From an uncultured cyanobacterium (GTDB lineage Bacteria > Cyanobacteriota > Cyanobacteriia > CAKZMO01): a stretch of 64,000 nt of DNA. Below the pieces are notes generated by a model, which was not told the DNA's origin, ran no database searches, and saw only the letters and a list, made by a program, of their open reading frames with translations. Shown piece after piece: positions 52,958 through 62,350 of the stretch (position 1 is the first letter of the stretch; each line of letters begins with the position of its first letter). The position numbers and the translations under genes were made by a program. Location of the stretch: NCBI GenBank assembly GCA_963719515.1, contig CAVRCJ010000014.1, positions 96,001 through 160,000 on the forward strand. The letters run 5' to 3'.

Positions 52958-53452
52958 CTACGGGTTTGTCTCTACCGTAAGCCGATAGTCGTAGCGAATT
53001 GCCGAGTCAAAAGAACCCACCCAAACCTCGTAGGTGCCTGCCTCCCAGGCTTGACCCCGCAGCCTGGCGTCGGCATTGCTGGAATCATCGGCGCAGAACA
53101 CCCCAGCCGCTGAGCGCACCAGCAGCGTCGTGTCGTTTCCTCCGCTGTTGACCGTCAAGGCCACGCCTGATGCGGGTTCGCTGAGCACCACAATATGGTC
53201 GGGCTCCGTTGTCCCGTAGCCGACGCAGTGGCTGCCGTTAGCGCCCTGCCGGGCGATCGTCGACAGCGGGGTAGTTCCTTGAGTGTGGCCCTCCAGGGTT
53301 CGGGACGCCGAGCTTCCAAGAGTGGCCGAGCCAAAGTTTGCGGCAGATTGCGCGACTGCTGGTGCAGCCACTAATAGGGTCAATAGCGCTCCACTCACCC
53401 AACTGGCGTTGAGGGATTTTATCTGGGTCGGGATTTGATGAAAGTTAAACAT
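52958..53452 (-). CDS. Secreted hypothetical protein (PPC-like beta domain)
   Basis: Signal peptide; CVGY..PDH, DTTLLV, CADD and GTYEVWVG. Confidence 0.65.
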   Translation of the reverse strand: MFNFHQIPTQIKSLNASWVSGALLTLLVAAPAVAQSAANFGSATLGSSASRTLEGHTQGTTPLSTIARQGANGSHCVGYGTTEPDHIVVLSEPASGVALTVNSGGNDTTLLVRSAAGVFCADDSSNADARLRGQAWEAGTYEVWVGSFDSAIRYDYRLTVETNP

Positions 53453-53722
53453 GGTGCTTGACTGGGTACTCCGAGTTTAAGTCGGTTTGACCTAGAGGGG
53501 CGTGGCTCAAACCCGCACTCATCAACGTGACACTATAGTATTCAGCATTACGCAATCAAATCAGGCTGGGGAGCATCAAGGGGCAGATCTTGTATCGTCA
53601 CAGACATTTTCACACTCGCAATAGGGTGCGTCAAAGTGTTACTAGGGCATTGTTTCACGGCGCAGACCCTATGACCATCAATTTGAATTAAGATAACTCT
53701 CCTTTTTAGAAGGTCCCCCACC

Positions 53723-54958
53723 ATGGCAACTTTTCGAGGCTCAAACTTTCGCGACGACATTACGGGAACTAGGTTCGCTGACTCCATTGCTGGCTTTGGG
53801 GGTGATGATGACATTGATGGACGCGAGGGCAACGATCGCCTCTTTGGTGGAGCCGGGGACGATGACATCGATGGGGGCACCGGGGACGATGATATTGATG
53901 GCGGTACCGGGGACGATCATATTGATGGTCAGAAAGGCGACGATATCGTCCTTGGGTTTGACGGGGATGACAAGCTGCTAGGCGGCGATGGGGATGACGT
54001 CATTTACGGCGAAGAGGGCGAAGACTTTCTCGATGGCGAGGATGGTGACGATGAGCTGTTTGGCGGTGACGACGACGATCGCCTCGAGGGGGGTGACGGC
54101 GATGATCTGCTGGAGGGCAACGACGGCGACGATATCCTGGCCGGGGAGGAGGGTAACGATGAGCTCGATGGTAACGATGGCGATGATACCCTCATTGGCG
54201 GCAACGGCGACGATGAGCTGTTTGGCGGTGACGATGGCGATCGCCTCTTCGGCGGGGCGGGTACCGACAGCTTGTTCGGCGACGATGGGGACGATTTTCT
54301 TCGAGGGGACGGCGATAACGACAGTCTAGAAGGCGGCAATGGCGACGACCGTCTGTTGGGCAATGGCGGCAACGACGAGCTATTTGGCGGCGGCGGCAGC
54401 GACGATCTGCGGGGCGGCGGGCAGCAGGATAGTCTTTTTGGGGAGGCCGGGAACGATCGGCTGCGGGGCAATGGCGGGCAGGATGACTTGGACGGCGGCA
54501 GTGGCCGGGACACTCTAGAAGGCGGCGGCGGCAGCGATCGCCTAGAAGGCGGTCTGGGCAACGATAAATTAATTGGCGGCGGCGGCAGCGATGTACTGGT
54601 TGGCGTCGATAGCAGCGTCGGCAGACCGGGCCGGGGGGAGGTGGACGAGCTGACGGGGGGCGGCGGCAGCGATCGCTTTGTTCTAGGCAGCCGCACCGAG
54701 GTCTTTTATGACGATGGCAGGCGGGGTCAAGGCCGACGAGACTATGCCCTAATTAGAGACTTTAACCTCCGACAGGACGTGCTGGTGCTGCGGGGAGCGG
54801 AGGACTATGTGCTGCGCCCGTCTCCTATTAGAGGGGCGAGATCTGGAGACTTGGGCATTTTTATTGACCGGTCGGGCCGCCGTAACGATGAGCTCATTGC
54901 AGTGGTGGAAGGGGCCGGTGGCCTAGATCTTACGGGCCGCGCCACTCAGTTTCAATAG
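53723..54958 (+). CDS. RTX-type calcium-binding repeat protein
   Basis: More than 30 GGxGxDxLx nonapeptides; C-terminal DYALIRDF region. Confidence 0.9.
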   Translation: MATFRGSNFRDDITGTRFADSIAGFGGDDDIDGREGNDRLFGGAGDDDIDGGTGDDDIDGGTGDDHIDGQKGDDIVLGFDGDDKLLGGDGDDVIYGEEGEDFLDGEDGDDELFGGDDDDRLEGGDGDDLLEGNDGDDILAGEEGNDELDGNDGDDTLIGGNGDDELFGGDDGDRLFGGAGTDSLFGDDGDDFLRGDGDNDSLEGGNGDDRLLGNGGNDELFGGGGSDDLRGGGQQDSLFGEAGNDRLRGNGGQDDLDGGSGRDTLEGGGGSDRLEGGLGNDKLIGGGGSDVLVGVDSSVGRPGRGEVDELTGGGGSDRFVLGSRTEVFYDDGRRGQGRRDYALIRDFNLRQDVLVLRGAEDYVLRPSPIRGARSGDLGIFIDRSGRRNDELIAVVEGAGGLDLTGRATQFQ

Positions 54959-55241
54959 AAAGCGGTGCCCCACGTCGGTTTCCGGCTCTAGGGAATACAC
55001 ACCAAGACAAACGCTTCGGCCCAGAGCTGAGGCGCTGTTCTGCCTTATGGGAGACGAAGACGCGATCGCGTTTCTCTATAGTACTAAAACTGTAAGAAAC
55101 GATACTTTATTGCAGCCGGTCAAGATCACATTACTCGACTCAGTATACCTAGCCCTTTAGCGGTCTCCAGACCGATTAACTCTGGTTGGGACACAGCAAA
55201 CTTTCATCTTTAACCCACTTTTATAAGGAGGGGATTCCGTT

Positions 55242-55583
55242 ATGGCGACACGTATTTCTAGCTTTTTCCGCTTTTCTGTTAAGCGATTGCTGTTGGCTTT
55301 AGTTGGGGCTGCCATGGTCATGGGCCTGACTCAGTCCGCTGCTTTGGCAGTCAGCATGGCTACTGACGCTGACATGACGACGTCAGCCGCGCAGGAAAGC
55401 CTGGCTCAGAAGAGGCAAGAGCGGCAGGCTTGGCAGAGCAAGGCCTCAGCGTCTCGCAACGTGGATGACAATGTCGATTCTGTTGAAGAGATCGTTGACG
55501 ACCGTCTCAATCTCGACGAGATTATTGAGGAAAATCAAATCGTGGAAGGGGTTAAGAACCTATTTGATGCGGACAAGAAATAG
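55242..55583 (+). CDS. Secreted hypothetical protein
   Basis: RBS AGGAGG; signal peptide. Confidence 0.7.
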   Translation: MATRISSFFRFSVKRLLLALVGAAMVMGLTQSAALAVSMATDADMTTSAAQESLAQKRQERQAWQSKASASRNVDDNVDSVEEIVDDRLNLDEIIEENQIVEGVKNLFDADKK

Positions 55584-55642
55584 CTAGCAGGTTTGCTTCG
55601 GATTCAATCTTTCGGCTCCGTCACTCTTAACCTGATATAGCG

Positions 55643-56040
55643 GTGACATCCTCCCGACGCTGACAGCAAGCTGTACAGCGCGGGCTTCCTCAGTGACTCC
55701 CAGCTATTGCCGAGACATATCCTGAGATAGGTTTATACTCCGCCTGATGCCCCACGGCAGAGTTTTGAATTTTCATCTCCGCGAGGGAGGATACGCACTA
55801 TGTGTCGCAGATACATTTGCAAACTGAGGAACGGGTGACTTGCAGCTTTCGCCTACGGGCCCGTCACACTCTTTGCGGGGTGTATCACCTTGCTATCTCT
55901 ATCATACCAACTGCTAGCCTCAGCGCTGAGCGCACTATCCGCTGTGCATCATTTTGCGGGCGCACTTCGGCTAGCGCGACTCTCATCCCGACGCTCACCC
56001 TGACGGGTAGAGCGCGGGGCTTCCTGTCTAGTAGCTAAAA
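55643..56040 (-). mobile_element. Non-autonomous IS200/IS605-family element, copy 2
   Basis: Matches 8850-9247 with a single mismatch (G8926 vs A55719). Confidence 0.8.
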
Positions 56041-56073
56041 GAGCGATCGCTTTACGGAGGCGATCGCTCTTTT
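56037..56073. terminator. HIP1-containing terminator hairpin
   Basis: AAAAGAGCGATCGC...GCGATCGCTCTTTT. Confidence 0.7.
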
Positions 56074-56188
56074 GCGTGAAAAACGCCGCACATTCGCTGC
56101 GCGAGCGCCGCATTAAGTTATGGGACTAAGCCGTAAGACTCTTTTGGGCCTTTGATAGGATAAGAGCCACTTGAGTTCACCTCTCTCC

Positions 56189-58033
56189 ATGGTCAATAGT
56201 CCCCATCAGCCCAAGCCGTCGCAGGTAGCTGACTCAGCCTCAGATAGCGCTGGTCTTCTTGACCCCGCCGACGACCTAGAAACTCTCATCCGGCAAACCC
56301 TCACTCGCATCCGCAATAAGCAGCTTACGCTGCAGGAGCAAGACTACACCCACCGTCAGATCCACCAGCGGCTCAAGCAACTCGTTCAGCAGGTGACGCA
56401 GCTTGAGCAACACCTTCAGCAGATCGATTTAGCGGCGTTGGGGCTGCAAATCTATAGCGAAGATTTAGCGGAGATTCGCAATCTCACGGCCCATATTGAA
56501 GTGGCGCAGCGCCGACCGAATGATGGAAGTGCACCAGAGGGCGGAAACACAAAGATCGCGTCGCTCAATCTGCAAAATGCCTTTGAGCTGCTGCGCCGTC
56601 TCCTTGATGACATGCAGGCGGATGTGCAGCGGTCCAAAGCGGCCCCCATTTTATCAGCATCAGCGGCCCAAGCTGCTGACAGCCTAGGTGAGCCACTGCA
56701 GATGCTGCAGCTTACCCTCGGTCAGCAGCGACAGCACCTTACCAATAGCTTTTTGGGTAAGGTGCTGCGGAGTGCCATTGCTAAGCGGCTCAACCGGCTA
56801 GCGGGGCTGCTGCATCGCATCGATGCCCTGAGCTATAGGCAACGACGCGATCGCCAGCAGCTGCGGGCCTTAGTCCACCAGATTGACCAGGCGGTTGATC
56901 GCCTCGACTACCGCGAAGCTTCGGCCCCCGACCTTTTAGAGGAGACCGAAGTTTTTGTAGAGCGCCGTATCCATGCCTACGAATATCCCTGGGGTTTGGG
57001 GTGGTTTGTCAACCGTCTCCACGACATCACCCGCTCGCGATCGCCTCAAGCGCGGGTACTGGCAGGGCTATCGACGTCATTATCGGTCTCGCTGGTCATA
57101 TTTCTGGCGTCGTTTGGCGCGTTTTCTTTGATTAGCCGCAGCCTCGAATCCAATGTGCTCACTAGCCTTCGCCTGCGGGAGGAGCGCAATGAGAAGCTGC
57201 AAACGCTCTCGCAGCAGATGCGGCTGCTTCGCAACAAGGAAAAAGAGCGCGCCGCCAATCAAGTGTCTTTGGAGAACCTCCAAACGCCAAGTTCTCAACC
57301 GGTTTCTCCAGGTTCTAATGAGGCAGGCTCAACCAACCCGGCTGCAGTAGACCCAACGACAGCGGCCCCAGCGGCCCCAACGAATGCACTGCCGGGCGAC
57401 GCTGACTTGAGCCCAACCCTTGACATAGCCGAACCCATTACCCCCGATTCGACGCGAGGCGTGCTTCTCGAAACCGATCAGGCGCTAACTTCAGAGATTC
57501 AGGGGCTACGCACCACTGTCGATACTCAGCTCGACGAAATTAGTGCCCTGAACGTGCAGATTGAAGAGGCACGTCAGACAGAGACTAGCATCAGCTCAAG
57601 TCGCGCTAGTGAGGAGCAGTCCCTTAGAAATCTTTACAGCTGGCTCAACAACCAACAGATGATCAATCACCTGAATCGCCTGATTCTGGCGGCTTTTGCC
57701 GGGGCGCTAGGCAGCATGATGAGCATTTTGATTCGTCTAGACAAGCTCGACGATGATAATTTGAACAATCCCTTTGCTTTGGGGTTCCTCAAGCCGTTTA
57801 TCGGCGCTGTGTTTGGCGTGATTGTCTTTGCGGTGCTCAGTACAAAAGTGGTGGATATTCTACCGGCTGGCTTCAACATCCACGAAGATGAGCCGGTAGG
57901 CGCTGTGGGTCAGCCTCAGCGCGATCCCTTAGGAGATATCGACTCTCAGGAGATTTATAAGATATTTGTGGCTGCTTTCATCGCGGGATTCAGTGAACGG
58001 CTGGCCAACGACACGCTGCGATCGTTCAAGTAA
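56189..58033 (+). CDS. Hypothetical coiled-coil membrane protein
   Basis: Q/L-rich coiled coils, central TM, C-terminal AGALGS...KPFIGA...AFIAGFSER membrane module. Confidence 0.75.
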   Translation: MVNSPHQPKPSQVADSASDSAGLLDPADDLETLIRQTLTRIRNKQLTLQEQDYTHRQIHQRLKQLVQQVTQLEQHLQQIDLAALGLQIYSEDLAEIRNLTAHIEVAQRRPNDGSAPEGGNTKIASLNLQNAFELLRRLLDDMQADVQRSKAAPILSASAAQAADSLGEPLQMLQLTLGQQRQHLTNSFLGKVLRSAIAKRLNRLAGLLHRIDALSYRQRRDRQQLRALVHQIDQAVDRLDYREASAPDLLEETEVFVERRIHAYEYPWGLGWFVNRLHDITRSRSPQARVLAGLSTSLSVSLVIFLASFGAFSLISRSLESNVLTSLRLREERNEKLQTLSQQMRLLRNKEKERAANQVSLENLQTPSSQPVSPGSNEAGSTNPAAVDPTTAAPAAPTNALPGDADLSPTLDIAEPITPDSTRGVLLETDQALTSEIQGLRTTVDTQLDEISALNVQIEEARQTETSISSSRASEEQSLRNLYSWLNNQQMINHLNRLILAAFAGALGSMMSILIRLDKLDDDNLNNPFALGFLKPFIGAVFGVIVFAVLSTKVVDILPAGFNIHEDEPVGAVGQPQRDPLGDIDSQEIYKIFVAAFIAGFSERLANDTLRSFK

Positions 58034-58211
58034 ATGCTCTGTGGCCTCTGCGCCTCTTAGGTGAAGCTGACGCGGCTGTTTCCCACAATAACATCCGTCT
58101 CCCTTAAGGCTTTTGGTCTATCATGTAAGCCGGCGATCGCGCCAATTATTAAAGAGAGGTGGTCCCAGCTGCGCCTCTAACTTACCGCCCAGCCATCACT
58201 TCACTGCGACC

Positions 58212-59279
58212 ATGTCTCCTACCGCTACAGGCACACCCGCTCCGGCCCCTACCGCTATAGATAGCGCGCGCCCCCTACTGGGCTGTTCGCTAGATGAACT
58301 GACTCAGTGGGTAGTGCAGCAGGGACAGCCCGCCTATCGAGGTAAGCAGCTTCATCAATGGATCTACGGTAAAAGCGTTCGCTCACTGGACGAGATTACC
58401 GTGTTCTCAAAGCAGTGGCGGGAAGCGATCGCGGCGGTGCCCGTGGGGCGATCGCAGCGGCATCACCAAGCGGAGGCTCCTGACGGGACAGTTAAATATC
58501 TGCTGAGGCTTGATGACGATCAAATTATTGAGGCCGTCGGCATTCCCAGCGGCAAGCGGCTTACGGTATGCGTTTCGTCTCAGGTGGGATGCCCCATGGC
58601 CTGCGACTTTTGCGCCACCGGCAAAGGGGGCTTCACCCGTAACCTAGAGCCCCACGAAATTATTGACCAAGTGCTGACGGTACAAGACGATTTTGGTCAG
58701 CGGGTCAGCAACGTTGTGTTTATGGGGATGGGGGAGCCGCTGCTCAACGTCGACAGCGTTCTAGCCGCTGTGCGATCGCTCAATCAAGACGTAGGCATAG
58801 GCCAGCGGAACATCACCGTTTCCACCGTGGGCATTCCTGGTCAGATCACCAAGCTTGCCCAGCACCGGCTCCAGGTCACCCTCGCCGTCAGCCTTCACGC
58901 CTCTAACCAAACTATTCGAGAGCAGCTGATCCCCAGTGCCGGCGGCTACGATATCGCGCAGATTTTGGCAGAGTGCCGCGATTACGTAGCGCGAACGGGG
59001 CGACGGGTCACTTTTGAGTACATTGTTCTGGCTGGGCTCAACGATTCCCCGCAGCATGCAGCAGAGCTAGCCCATCATCTGCGGGGCTTTCAAAGTCACG
59101 TCAACCTAATTCCCTACAATCCTATTGCTGAAGTAGACTACAAGCGCCCTACACCCTCTCAAGTGCAGGACTTTGAGGCGGCGCTCAAGCAATATCACGT
59201 GGCGGTCAGCGTTCGCCAATCTCGCGGGTTGATGGAGGATGCGGCCTGCGGTCAGCTGCGGGCTTCCCGCTTGGAGTAG
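58212..59279 (+). CDS. rlmN: 23S rRNA/tRNA m2A methyltransferase RlmN
   Basis: [21 protein letters not shown] and AACGQL motifs. Confidence 0.96.
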   Translation: MSPTATGTPAPAPTAIDSARPLLGCSLDELTQWVVQQGQPAYRGKQLHQWIYGKSVRSLDEITVFSKQWREAIAAVPVGRSQRHHQAEAPDGTVKYLLRLDDDQIIEAVGIPSGKRLTVCVSSQVGCPMACDFCATGKGGFTRNLEPHEIIDQVLTVQDDFGQRVSNVVFMGMGEPLLNVDSVLAAVRSLNQDVGIGQRNITVSTVGIPGQITKLAQHRLQVTLAVSLHASNQTIREQLIPSAGGYDIAQILAECRDYVARTGRRVTFEYIVLAGLNDSPQHAAELAHHLRGFQSHVNLIPYNPIAEVDYKRPTPSQVQDFEAALKQYHVAVSVRQSRGLMEDAACGQLRASRLE

Positions 59280-59284
59280 CTACA

Positions 59285-59473
59285 CTAAAGCGCAGGAATG
59301 CCTGGCGCGTAGGCCTCAATTACTTTTCCGGTTCTAGCGCAGGTCACCATGAGGTAGTCGCAGCCGTGACACTGGGTCCTCGTTAAAGCGTCTTCCACTA
59401 GATGGTGGCGCTCGGCGAGACGTCCACAGTTTGGGCAGCGAATCGCCTGTACTGTATTTTGAATTGTCAGCAT
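59285..59473 (-). CDS. Small zinc-ribbon protein
   Basis: CPNCG...CHGCD. Confidence 0.7.
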   Translation of the reverse strand: MLTIQNTVQAIRCPNCGRLAERHHLVEDALTRTQCHGCDYLMVTCARTGKVIEAYAPGIPAL

Positions 59474-60138
59474 GAGTTTAGTTTTGTTAAAAGCAGTTTT
59501 GATCGGTAGAGCTGCCCCTTTATCCTTGACGCCAGCAAAATTCGCTGAGATTGCCCTATCAAAAGAGAGCAGTTGAAAATTCAATTCTAAAGCGAAAAAT
59601 TGATTGACTACTGACAGGAAATCGAAATTCGTAACATTACTAAATTTCGCTCTGTATTACTTCATTATTGCAACATAAGTTCAAGCTGACAACTCACCCA
59701 ACAGGCGATTTTTTTAAAGGATGCCTTGTATATTGGGCGATCCCCGCTTCTCGGTGGGTCGAGTGCTGAACGGTCAGACCGCGCAGCTGAGTTTCCTATC
59801 CGGCAGGAAACTAACAGCGGGGTGACGGGGATCACTCCATCAATGTGCTAGCGCTACGAGCTTTTGAGCAGTGGTGAATCTTGAAAAGATAGGCCTGTGT
59901 GAATGCGCAGAGTACTCAAAAGAAAATAAAAATATTTGCGTCTATGGCGGCTGTAAAACAGGCGTAGGGTCCTCCTCTTTTGTAGCGCGATCGCCATAGC
60001 GTCATCAAATCAAGACAAAGTCACTCCCTCAAAAATTCAGACGGTAGTGAAAGAGGCTTGACTTTCAACCAAACATATCTGCTAACCTGCTTCTAGGTTG
60101 GTTCTCACCAACGCCAAATCTAACCTCCCACGATTGCC

Positions 60139-60402
60139 GTGAGTACCAGACGCCTGCCCGAAACAACCGCCCACGTCAGAGTCACCCGTCAATCCTGGAC
60201 CCAAGGCAACCTTGAAGGCGAAGTCCGCGCTGGCGAATATCAATGGACATTTGAATGGACCTTCCGAGGGGGAAGGCTGTCTGTTCAGCCGGCTTTGGGT
60301 CGAGCGCTGATCAAAGACCCCCTAGGGCGTTTCCTAGAGCGGTCTGACTATCAGCTTGAGCCAGGGGGCAACTACACGTTCAAGATCCGGGCAAAGCTAT
60401 AG
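60139..60402 (+). CDS. DUF3146-like cyanobacterial protein
   Basis: LPETTAHVRV...LGRALIKDPLGRFLE..DYQLEPGG. Confidence 0.75.
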   Translation: MSTRRLPETTAHVRVTRQSWTQGNLEGEVRAGEYQWTFEWTFRGGRLSVQPALGRALIKDPLGRFLERSDYQLEPGGNYTFKIRAKL

Positions 60403-60469
60403 CAGAATAGGGCTTGCCGGGGCGTCGCTCGGACAGTGGGCAACAGCTAAAAACCAGCCCAGCGGCTGA

Positions 60470-62140
60470 TTAGGAGACAGACCCGGAGGGCCAACACTCC
60501 CCTAGCACCCGAAAGCGGATGTGGTTGACGGCCAAATCTCCGATTGAGGCCTCTTCTGGCTTATCGGTGGCCTTAATCTTCTCAAAGGAGATGCCCTTGC
60601 CAATTTCGATGTGGTACCACGCTAGGCCCATAAAGAAGCGGGTGGGATAGGGCCCACTTTCCTGAACGTCATCCACGTTGGACTCCATCGGCAGCCAGCC
60701 GATCCCGGACACGTAAAATTCAATCCAGACGTGATTGAACTCCGGCTCTAAAGGAACGCCCTGCAGCTCGGGGTGAGCAGGGCACTTATAGCGGCCAATG
60801 GTGCGGCAGGGGATGCCGCTGAGCCGCGCCAGCGCCAAAATAACGCCGACGTACTCGCCGCAGGAGCCCACGCCCCGCTCTAGGGCCACGTCAGGGGTAT
60901 CAATGTGGGGCTTAATGCCGTAGGAAAGGCGATCGTAGACGTAGTTGCGGATGCGCAGCATTTTCCGCAGCACATTCGTCTCAGTGCCAACAGCCGCTTT
61001 TGCCGCCTCCAGAATGATTGGAGAGTCCATGGCCAAATCGTCGTTGTCGATCAGGTAATCTTGCAGTGAGGCCGGCGGGGCCGCATCGGCGACCGCCTCC
61101 AGCATAGACGGAGTGATTTGATATTTGATGCTGTAGGTTTCTAAGGTAGCCCGCCAGCCAAAAATGTGCCGCTCGTTGGGCTTCAAGCTGGGAAACTTGA
61201 ACACTGCCACCCGCTGGCCGTTTTTCACTTCTTCAGTGAAGGGCAGGCCAATTGGCTCCACGGCCACAACCTTCTGACGCTGAGTTTCAGAGGGTAGGGC
61301 AATGCGCCATTCTAGGTTCGTTAGGGTCAGCTCCTCAAGGGGCAGCAGCTCCTCCACGTAGGACATTTCTATCTGGTAGCCGTTGGACAGAGTAGCGTGG
61401 CTGTCGGGGCTGCGGTGGAAGTTGAGGGGATGAATAAAGGTGCGATCGCGAAAGGTCAGCTGGTGGGGGTTCTCTGAGTTGGGGTCGTCGCGAATGTAGG
61501 GTTCCTCAAGCGCGTAGGCGATGTAGCAGCGTTCTTGCCCAGTTTCATCTGTGTGAAACGTAATGCCTGAGGGGGAGGTGATAGGGGTCAGTAGGCTAAA
61601 GCGAATTTCGCCAGTAGCCCGGTCCATGCAGTAAACGGTTTGCTCACTTTGATCACACACCCACAGCTCGTCTCCACGCACCGCTAATGTCTCGATGCCG
61701 ATGCCCGGCGCTGGAAACCGCGTCACCAGGTCAGCGCCATCGCGGGCAAACACCTGAATGTAGCCGTATTTTTGGCAGGCCACATAAACCACCGACTCAG
61801 TGGCGGCGACACCGTTGGTGAGGTAGGGCAACCGGGCAAAAGGTTCAGACGGGGAATCAAGTAGGCGATTGGACGCCGGATCAAACCGACAGTGAAATAT
61901 ATTGTGTCCTCTGGCATACCAAAGCTGGTCCTCATACACCGCTAGTCCGACGCCATCTAGATAGGCCTCTGTATGGTGAGGGTTGAGGATACGAGTATTG
62001 TCGGTAGCCGGGTCTACCTGTAGGAGGTACCCCCGCACCGCATCCAGCGCCAAAAGCCCGCTAGCAGAGGACGCCAACCCATGGATTGCATACGCCCCAA
62101 TGGGCCGAATGGTTCGATAGTCGAGATCAACAGAGGTCAT
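60470..62140 (-). CDS. Transglutaminase-like domain protein with N-terminal beta-propeller-like region
   Basis: GSCGEY, NHVWIEFY and GWLPME motifs. Confidence 0.85.
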   Translation of the reverse strand: MTSVDLDYRTIRPIGAYAIHGLASSASGLLALDAVRGYLLQVDPATDNTRILNPHHTEAYLDGVGLAVYEDQLWYARGHNIFHCRFDPASNRLLDSPSEPFARLPYLTNGVAATESVVYVACQKYGYIQVFARDGADLVTRFPAPGIGIETLAVRGDELWVCDQSEQTVYCMDRATGEIRFSLLTPITSPSGITFHTDETGQERCYIAYALEEPYIRDDPNSENPHQLTFRDRTFIHPLNFHRSPDSHATLSNGYQIEMSYVEELLPLEELTLTNLEWRIALPSETQRQKVVAVEPIGLPFTEEVKNGQRVAVFKFPSLKPNERHIFGWRATLETYSIKYQITPSMLEAVADAAPPASLQDYLIDNDDLAMDSPIILEAAKAAVGTETNVLRKMLRIRNYVYDRLSYGIKPHIDTPDVALERGVGSCGEYVGVILALARLSGIPCRTIGRYKCPAHPELQGVPLEPEFNHVWIEFYVSGIGWLPMESNVDDVQESGPYPTRFFMGLAWYHIEIGKGISFEKIKATDKPEEASIGDLAVNHIRFRVLGECWPSGSVS

Positions 62141-62350
62141 GGAATTGTTGAGGGGTGATGGCTGAGGCCAAGGAGCTAGATTATTTTATCGGACCTGTGG
62201 GGTTTCCCCTGTGCTGGTTCTGTAACAAACAATCCTGCTTAGGATGTTCCAAGGGTCATTCCTTTGAAAGATGCTTTCCCTACCACCACCTCGGGATACT
62301 GCAATGGCGATCGCCATCACTAGATCAGATAGCCTCCAGGAGAATCAAAA

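Noticed and set aside
53787..54696. Alternative-frame and antisense ORFs over the RTX gene
   Set aside because: Artefacts of the GGxGxD codon repeats
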